The notes under the pieces were generated by a model. That model was given only the letters and a program-made list of their open reading frames with translations. It made no database searches and had not been told where the DNA came from. This document shows, piece by piece, positions 8,275 to 16,500 of a stretch of 19,287 nucleotides of DNA; within the stretch, counting starts at the first letter, position 1; each line of letters opens with the position of its first letter. Made by a program: the position numbers and the translations under genes. This DNA comes from an archaeon (GTDB lineage Archaea; Asgardarchaeota; Thorarchaeia; Thorarchaeales; Thorarchaeaceae): contig JAJRWI010000019.1 in NCBI GenBank assembly GCA_024276825.1, positions 1 through 19,287 on the forward strand. The letters run 5' to 3'.

Positions 8275-8697
8275 CTATTGCTGCTTCTCTTCAATCTGCT
8301 TCTTGGCCCAGGCCTCTAGACCATCAGCACCTTGAAGTTCACCGACTTCACTATCGAAGTCCGTTGGTTCAATGACTGCAATCCAGCCCTCCCCATATGG
8401 ATCATCATTGAGAAGTCCCGGATTAGTTTTCAAGTTCTCATTGACTTCGACCAGTGTTCCAGTAAAGGGGGTCTTTATTGGACCAGTCCATTTCCCGCTC
8501 TCCATTGTGCCAATGCTCTTTCCAGCCTTGACAGCTTTACCAGCGGGTCTCAACCTTACGAACTTGATCTTGCCTGCAAGCTCTGCTCCGAAGGCAGTCA
8601 GACCAAGTCTAACTTTCCCGTTCTCCTTCTTGACCCAGAGCTGGTCATCGGTGTAATAAAGGTCGTCTGGAAAATCAAATCCTTCTACTTTGACCAT
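8275..8697 (-). CDS. gcvH: Glycine cleavage H-protein-like lipoyl carrier protein
   Basis: FPDDLYYT..QLWVK, RLGLT, lipoyl-Lys motif GTMESGKWTGPIKTP, EVNENL..NPGLLNDDPYGEGWI. Start placed at ATG 8697 because GGGTGA (SD-like) lies just upstream; the ORF track start is 8712. Confidence 0.92.
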   Translation of the reverse strand: MVKVEGFDFPDDLYYTDDQLWVKKENGKVRLGLTAFGAELAGKIKFVRLRPAGKAVKAGKSIGTMESGKWTGPIKTPFTGTLVEVNENLKTNPGLLNDDPYGEGWIAVIEPTDFDSEVGELQGADGLEAWAKKQIEEKQQ

Positions 8698-8739
8698 AGT
8701 GTCACCCAGCATCGAATAGAGGATGACTTACTTAAGTGA

Positions 8740-8992
8740 GTTTCGGATTGATTTGTATTATGGTTAAATAGAAGTAACATTAAGAGATAATTGAAGTCAT
8801 TTTTTGCAAAGGTCTTAGAAATTAGAAGTAATATGTTTTCAGGAGCTCTTTACTATTTGTCTAAGTAGCCATTTTGGAAGATGAATATATGTCGCAAGGA
8901 ATCTACATTTGAGTTCTTAATTTAAATTCACAATGTTTCAAAATGGGTAAGTTAGACCATTTTGTGAAATCATCATCACAGGAAATAAATAG
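8740..8992. other. AT-rich intergenic region with direct and inverted repeats (operator array or candidate replication origin)
   Basis: Hand count gives 51 G+C in 180 nt over 8761-8940. TAGAAGTAA occurs at 8769 and 8823; CCATTTTG at 8869 and 8957, with its reverse complement at 8939. Confidence 0.45.
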
Positions 8993-9026
8993 CACGCATG
9001 CATCCTGAGTAGTGGAGGGTACGTAA

Positions 9027-9506
9027 TTGGATATTACCGTAGAGAGAAGAGTAGAACAATCAGATCATGCTTTTTCTAGAAGCGAGAAGTTCGAGATCAA
9101 CAATATCGAGTTTACTGAGATCACTATTGATAGGAACAGGATAACTGCAAGGTCCAAGAAATGGTCCCAATTTGAACTACTGATCAGTTTCATTGGAGCT
9201 GCATGGATGGAGAGATGGAGACGGTTCGGTCTCAAAGTGTTGGTAATTGGCTTGGTGCTCATTTTAAGCCCTTACATGGCATCAATAATACCAGTCATAG
9301 GGCCATTGATCATCTATAGTGGATACATGATGATTATGCTGCTTATGATGATTGGTCTTATTCTAATATTGCTATGGGCACTACTCAAGAGAGAGGCATT
9401 GCTTCTTTACACTCCCGGAGGTACATTCAAGATAGAGGGCTCTGCTGGCTTCGTTGAGGCAGTCTGGCAAGAAGTCGTTAAGTATCAGAGAGAACGGGAA
9501 GTTTGA
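9027..9506 (+). CDS. Hypothetical two-TM membrane protein, possibly a PH-like fold interrupted by a TM hairpin
   Basis: TTG start with GGAGGG SD at 9014-9019; two hydrophobic helices flanked by basic residues; alternating beta-strand patterns on both sides and a C-terminal amphipathic helix. Confidence 0.75.
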   Translation: MDITVERRVEQSDHAFSRSEKFEINNIEFTEITIDRNRITARSKKWSQFELLISFIGAAWMERWRRFGLKVLVIGLVLILSPYMASIIPVIGPLIIYSGYMMIMLLMMIGLILILLWALLKREALLLYTPGGTFKIEGSAGFVEAVWQEVVKYQREREV

Positions 9507-9760
9507 ATGCTTCCCATTATTGTAGAATGATGAAAAAGTGAATTGTAATAGCATTATCTAAAAAGAAATCTAAACCGAGAGAGAAGACTAGCATTGTCAC
9601 TGGAGTGAAAAAGGACATCAAATTAAGGGGTTCCAAATGGAATCTACATCATGCCGTGAATTTTGGCTGGCGAAGAGTGCTGCAACGAATCATCCAAAGC
9701 CTCAGTGGCTTTTTGAAAAATGTGGTTCTTATTACCGAAGATGATGACAGTTATAGTGAG

Positions 9761-10516
9761 ATGAGTAATCGCAGGACCCTCGCAGGCATGGGATTCAGGA
9801 CTGCTGATGAGCTAGTCCGCCAGATGGTGGGGACCGGAACACCAGAGCTTGACGACCTACTGGGAGGGGGCCTTGAGGCTGGAATGATACATCTCTTTCA
9901 TGGGGACGGGGGGCTCCACAGGGACCTTCTCAGAATGGCGGTCCACATCCAGTTGCCCAAGGAGAGAGGTGGGTTGGACAGTCCCACAATCATCATTGAC
10001 AGTTGTAACATGATCAAGATTGAGGATGTCACCGACTATGCCTTCGAGTTCGAACTGGAGCCAGAGATTGTGATGGACAGAATATTCATAACGAGGGCGT
10101 TCAACTCATCCCAGACCTATGACCTTGTGATGAACCATCTAGAGTCATTCTTTGACAGGGTGCCTGCAAGGCTACTCATCGTATCGGGTCTGCCAGACCT
10201 GTATGTCTTGGAGCAGGTGTCGGGGGAGAGGCTCCAGGAGCTCACACATATGGCAACAAAGATAATGACGTTCACACTCCAACGCAGACTCTTCACGGTG
10301 GTCTCCGCTCAGGACGCGGGTCAACAGCCATATCATCCTGCAGGTGGAAAAGCACTGTCAAGCTGCGCTCAGATCCATGTGCATGTCAAAGAGGGAAAAC
10401 ACTACTTCAAGTATGTACTCGCCAAGCACCCACAGTATCCAGTGAAGAGGGCTTCACGAACAAAGCCAGTCAGATTCGGAGAAACCCTCCCCCTCTCATT
10501 CTTCCTCAAAGAGTGA
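9761..10516 (+). CDS. RadA/Rad51 paralogue, predicted ATPase-inactive
   Basis: GFRTADE..GTGTPELDDLLGGGLEAG, IQLPKERGGLDSPTIIIDS, MDRIFITRAFNSSQ and HPAGGKALS align with RadA/Rad51. Walker A is replaced by HGDGGLHRD and the Walker B Asp is lost (LLIVSG). Start moved to ATG 9761 (TATA-like CTTATTA at 9728-9734); ATG 9788 is also possible. Confidence 0.85.
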   Translation: MSNRRTLAGMGFRTADELVRQMVGTGTPELDDLLGGGLEAGMIHLFHGDGGLHRDLLRMAVHIQLPKERGGLDSPTIIIDSCNMIKIEDVTDYAFEFELEPEIVMDRIFITRAFNSSQTYDLVMNHLESFFDRVPARLLIVSGLPDLYVLEQVSGERLQELTHMATKIMTFTLQRRLFTVVSAQDAGQQPYHPAGGKALSSCAQIHVHVKEGKHYFKYVLAKHPQYPVKRASRTKPVRFGETLPLSFFLKE

Positions 10517-10524
10517 GGGGGAGG
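10486..10524. terminator. Inverted repeat at the junction of the convergent radA-like and giant-protein genes
   Basis: CCTCCCCCTC (10486-10495) and GAGGGGGAGG (10515-10524) form a perfect 10-bp stem. Confidence 0.45.
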
Positions 10525-10530
10525 AGGACC

Positions 10531-13500
10531 TTATTCTTCAGAGTCCACACCAAGACTCCGAATCAGTTCTTCCACGAGCTCTCTGGGCAAATCTTTCGCC
10601 TGTTCCATTATCGTGTCGATCTCATGAGCAGGCACACCTTTACGAATCAGGTCCTTTCGAAGTTCCTCCAGTTCGTATTGACTCAGCTTATCAGTCACTG
10701 ATACAGGTTCTTTGCCCTCCGTTATCTCAGGTTCAGGAGCCCTTTCCTCAATGACCTCATGAGTGGGTTCAATCTCCTCTTCTGTGAGGAGTATTGGTGC
10801 TTCCTCCTCTGGGGTGACCATTCCAACCTCTGCGATGGGTGCCTCGGTCTCGCCTGCCAGTCTTCTCAGAGCCTCAGCTCTAACAGACTCAAGAACCTCT
10901 TCAATGGTCTTGCCATCGCGCCTTGCGGCCCTAATGGCCTCCTGATGGATGACTTCTTTCACGAAGGCCGCTTGCTCGCTCATCTTCATCTTGGAGATGT
11001 CTGCCTTGAACTCGTCCAGCTCCTCACGACTCAAGTTAGTGAGTATTGCAAGCTGGATGAGAAGTTCTCCAATCTCGGGCACATCTACAGGCACTGACTC
11101 TTCTGGCATCTGATCCGGTGTCCTTGTAATCTCCATTCCTGCGTAGGTGTCATTGTATAAGTCAGCTAGCAGTTCAGACCTACTCTTGACATCGCTAATG
11201 GGCTTCGGAACCTTGCCCTTGTTCAATGCTCTTATCTGACCATTGATCTGTCGAAGTCTCTTGGGTATGCTGAAGTGTTTGGCCCATAGTACTGCAATTA
11301 AGAGTACCAAGAGTGAGAGAGGAGTGCCATAAGAGATTGCAGCACCCATTGTGTTTTGACTCTCAGTTGGTATTATTGTGATTGCCAGTTCCAGTGTTCG
11401 CCCCTCATAGTTGGCAAGAGTTATTGAGATGTATACTCTAACACTGTTCTGAGTCAGACCAACTGGAACAAGAGGTGCAGGTGCTTGAACTGTGATCTTG
11501 TATAGACCATCTTCACCAGCTGAACCATTGAACAAAATCACAATTGCTTCTTCTTCACTAGTTCCGATTAATTCTGCACCTGAGATTCTCACGCCAGCAG
11601 AAAGGTTCCATGTTTCAGTGTATAGGAAAAGAACATCCCTTGTATCACCATAATGCATCAATAATCGGCCATCAACAACATCAGGAGATGCAAAATTGAA
11701 ATTAGTCGGGCGCTCAATAACAGTGATCTCAATCTCCACAGTCTGGCTAACACGGTATATTAGTTCTAATGTGAGCCTCATCCTGAATGGATCTTCAGGC
11801 AATGCTTGGGGAATGAAATCATTTGCCTCAAAGAGTCGGATATCAGTGGAATCAAAGATGAAATAGTAAGTGCCATTCTGTAGGTCAATAAGGCCATACA
11901 AACTCTTAGAACTGCCAAGACCACCGCCCCAAATTGCAGTGATGTTTGTTGCTCCATTAAGGCCACCAACATAGCCATCTGAGCTATCAGTGTCATTGAA
12001 GAACAGTCGAATCATTATAGAATCGCCAAATGGCACCTGAAGGATGTCACTCTCAGAATCAACCTGATTGACTTCAGGAGTTATAAGCGACAGACTTGTA
12101 GGTACAGGCTCAATATTGATCTGCATGCCACCATTGCTTACTTGGAAGTTGTCCTTGGTAAATGAGATCACAAGAGTGTACTGACGAGTTGAGAGAAGAC
12201 TTGTATTGACAAAGACAGCATAATAGCCATTTCCCAAGTCTTCAGCTATACCCGAATATGTTGAATAGCTGTATATTGTGTCAGCACCCTTGATTCCTCT
12301 GATATTATGAGTGTCATTGTAGAAGAATAGAACATTGCCGCTCCAACCCCAATACACTGTGAGTGTGTTTGGACTGACAACCTGAGTTGGAATGAGCCGA
12401 ATAGTAAGGGTCAATGTTAAGACGGTTTCTGCAAGGTTGGGGTCCCCTGGGGTTGCATAGAAAGTCAGACCAAAGGTACCGTAAGTCAGAACTGATGTAT
12501 TAAATGATAACGACCAAAGTCCAGTTGAGGGATTGACTGTAAACGTGTAATTGATGCCAAAGGACTTGTAGGACCAGAGGATTGTTGCGTTTGTGATGGG
12601 TATTCCAGAAACGGTTTCATTGAATGTTAGTGTGAATGCGAGAATATCACCCCAGTATGCTTCCATCTTCGCTTCGGTTGGCGCCGCATAGTGTAGTGAG
12701 GTTTCTGTGGCAAGCAGAGTTATCTTGAATATTGTGCTCACCGGCACATAGTTTCGTAGATTTGCAGTAATTCGGGCACTGTAGGTAATGCCTGGCTCCA
12801 GAGTAGCAGTGGCCACAGATGGAAGTATTCCAAACCAGCTATTTGTTGTCGCATTGAGCTGCAGAGAATACTCGACTCCTTGGAATGTCATCACGACCCA
12901 ATTGACATAAGTTGGGTCAATTAACACGCTGTCGTTGTCAATCAGGTTCACAGAAACATCTATGGGATTTCCTCGTGGCACTTCAGATATGCTCTGAGGC
13001 TCCAATAGATTAATATCGCTAGGCAGTGCAAGTACAATCAGTGTCACCGTGGTCACTGCAACAGTGTATTTGTTCTTGTTTGCTGTAATTGTCACCACTC
13101 GGGTTCCACTATCAGCTAGTGATGTGTCTATGTATCCGTGATACTGTCCAGAAGAACCAATCTCCGTGAATGAGCCTGATGCTGTACCGTAAGTCCAAGT
13201 GACCGTGGCACCGGAAGTCAGATTTTCAAAGAGGAGATTTTCATAACTCACGATTATGTAAGCAGACTCTTTCCAGTACAGAGTGATTGAGGTTTCAGCA
13301 GGGGTCAACACGGTGTTGATGGGTACCACTGTAAATGATGGGGTCACTGTTGATGTTGTATAGTCTGACTTCACTGCAGTTATGTTGAGCGCCTGATTTC
13401 CAAAGGTAGTGAGATCTATGGTGTTGAAACTGATATTATAACGACCATCACCAATCAATGTCACTGTAAGGCCTTGTGGAACAACTCCCGTGTCCAAGTA

Positions 13501-16500
13501 GGTCACCAATAGAGTAGAACCATTGATACCAACATTATGGTCAAGGTCTCTATACTCCACAATGACATAAACATCGCCACTGACCTGCACAGATGATGGC
13601 TGAGGCGCATCGGCTTGCAGGTTCGCCCAGATTAGATCAACAGAGCCAGTGAGCGTGATTGCAGACCTGTTAGAATAATATGGAATCAATGATGGATTCC
13701 AACGAACTTCAAGGTCAAACTTGAAGTCTCCAATCGTCCCCAAGGCTGCAGTGTTTACTGTTATGGTGTAGTTGCCAGCATCAGAACCAGTGCCGCGTGT
13801 CAACCAATAGGAAACATTTTCCTCAAGTGGAATAGTCTGACAGTCAAAGAGAATGATTGCATTCTCTATTGGCTTGCCAGTGTCTTCATCAGTCAGTGTG
13901 AATGAGATTGTCATGTTATCTCGGATGGGAGTTGTGTCAATCTGCTTTGGTTCTATGAATATTGAGCGACCCCTTGTGGACACTTTCAGTGATGTTGAGT
14001 CATCTGTGTAATAAGGTGCAAGCAAGTCGTTCCAATCGACAACAATTGTCAGATTGAGGTTGCTTACCAAAGTGGCCCCAAGAACTGTGGAGTTTATTGA
14101 CACCTCAAAAATTGAGGAGGCTTCAGTCATGATAAAGTCGCCAGGGTTCAGTGGAACACCCTCACGATATAGTGTGATATCAGACACAGTGATTCCCGTG
14201 ACTAAGCTACCATTGACTCCATCAACAAAGGTGAAGGAGAATGTGAGATTGTCAAGATATCGAGGCTGAGTTGCGGGACTCACAATCTCAATATTTGCAT
14301 CTCTTTGAGATACGGTTACAGACACATTTCGAACTGCATTGTTATAATATGGAGCTCCACTCGACCACACTGCAGTGGCTTTCACATTGTAGGTTCCAAG
14401 GGAGGTAAATGCGGTGGACTCGAGGTAGATGTAGTAAATGCCTGCCGAGCCCTCTGTGAAGTAGTAGTCAACATTGAGGGTTAGAGGAACACTTGACTCG
14501 AGAGTTATGGTTGCCCCTGCAATGCCTTGATTCTCATCAGCATCCCAGTAGTAGAGCGTAAAGGTGGCATTCTCTCCATAAGGAGTCGGAATTGGTGCGT
14601 CCTGCAAATCAAGACTTGAAGCACGATTTCGTATTGAGAATTGTATATAGTGAACATCCCAATAGTAGTATGGGGACTGGAACACATAGCTCATATTAAC
14701 ATAGAGTGTGTAATTCTCATTCAAGAGGAGTGGTTGGCCATTGGTCTCTACTAGAAGCAGATAGCGTTGGAATGCAGGTTGCCAAGTGATTGAATAGACC
14801 CATGGTGTTCCAGTATCATTTAGAATACTAAAGAATGTGGTCGAACTCGAGTTGCCAATATTGTCGAGTGTGAGGACATCCTGATAATACAGTATTATTT
14901 CCATGGTGGTGCCATAGCCAATTAGGCCCACAGGCTCCGATGATAATAGTGTGGATCTGTATCGGACGTTAAATGGACGTACTGCTGTTGCATCAGACCT
15001 GTAATAGGTACCAGTGTATACTATAGTGACATTGATATCATAGATACCAGGGGTGGCAAAGTATCCTGAGTACAGTTCAACAACAAATGTGCCATCACCA
15101 CCAGGAGTTATCTGATAGTTGTTCGAAGGTATTGGGTTGCCAGAGTAATAGAGTGTCAAGGTGCCCTCGGGAATTCCAACCTCAATTGACCCTGCAATAT
15201 CAAGGTAGGTCACAGTAAATGTCACATTATCGCCAAATGGTGTTGGGGCGGGTGCTTGGAAGTTTGCCTGAGTGGCACGCATTGTGACAGTGATATAGAT
15301 GATCTGATGGGTCTTATTGCTATAGTAGGGCACACCAGCCCAAGTGACATTGATGTAGAATGCCTTAAGCCCGATGCCTCCAAACTGTGAGGTGTTGAAG
15401 GACAGAGTGAACAGTCGTGTTGCTGAGTCGTAGCTGATTGTTGGTGAAACAGTAAGGTTGGTTGTTATCGACAATGAGGCAGAGTTCTCAATTCTGGACT
15501 CAGGAGTGGTTGTTGAATCGACAAAGGCAAACGTGAACTGAGCAATCTCGCCATAGGCAGTGTTTGCAGGGCGTTCGCTTGATACATAGGTCACACGAGC
15601 GATGATTGATACTTTTGTTGATGTCGAGTCATCACGATAGTAGTTTGGAGTGTCGGGCCAGTTAATGTGGACAGTAATGTTTCTATCAGTGATGAGAGTT
15701 GAAGTTATTACTGTTGAGTTTATGATTATTTGGTAGAGATAGCCAGTTCCCACTTGTGTCATTGTGAAATCGGTGGGAGCTATGAGTGTCCCTCCATTAT
15801 ATATCGATACAAGATCCTTTGTTGCGCTCAAGGTAGAACCAGTTCCAAGATCGATGAAGGACACTTCAAAGACAACATTCTCAAGAAAGCTTGTTCGTGA
15901 TGGAGGAGTCACAATTTCAACATTTGTGGTCCTCCTTATAACCGTCAAGTCAATTGAGATTGATGCATTGTCATGATATGGAGAGCCTGCTGTCCAGTTA
16001 GCATAAACACTAATTATGGTGACTCCAAGACCATCCAAAGCGGTTGTGTTGACAGACAACTCATAGTATCCATTCCCAACGGCAGAATAGATATACTGAG
16101 AACCCAGTGTGAGCAGGGTTCCTGCCTTGTATACATATATCTGACCACCATCAATCCCTGATAACGAATCAGCATCTGAATAATAGACTGTGAAATTAGC
16201 ATAGTCAAGATATGGTGTTGGAATGGGAGACTCGGTTCGCTCCAATGATGATGCTCTATGTCTAAGTGTGTAAGTCACTGTCAAATCATCCCAGTAGTAG
16301 AATGGACTCTTGTCTGCATAGCTGAAGTTCAATTGCAGGTCATAGTTTACGCCAATCTGCAGACCTGGTTGGTTGTAAGTTTCAACAGTGAGTACATAAT
16401 AACCAAAGCTGGGTCGCCATTCGACTGTATATATCCAATTGCCAGGAGTCATAATCTCCAGAGTGACATCAAAAGTGTCATTTCCAATATTGGCCAATGT

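Noticed and set aside
9605-9760. 52-aa N-terminal extension of the RadA paralogue given in the ORF track
   Set aside because: AT-rich, no resemblance to the RadA HhH domain, and it contains a TATA-like box correctly spaced for ATG 9761.
8740-9760. CRISPR array or tRNA/ncRNA in the AT-rich spacers
   Set aside because: Repeats are short (8-15 nt) and irregularly spaced; no cloverleaf or GC-rich structured RNA was recognised.
9761-10516. Horizontal acquisition of the radA-like gene (spot counts look more GC-rich than the cdc6-like gene)
   Set aside because: Based on a few hand-counted lines only, with no mobility features; not enough support.
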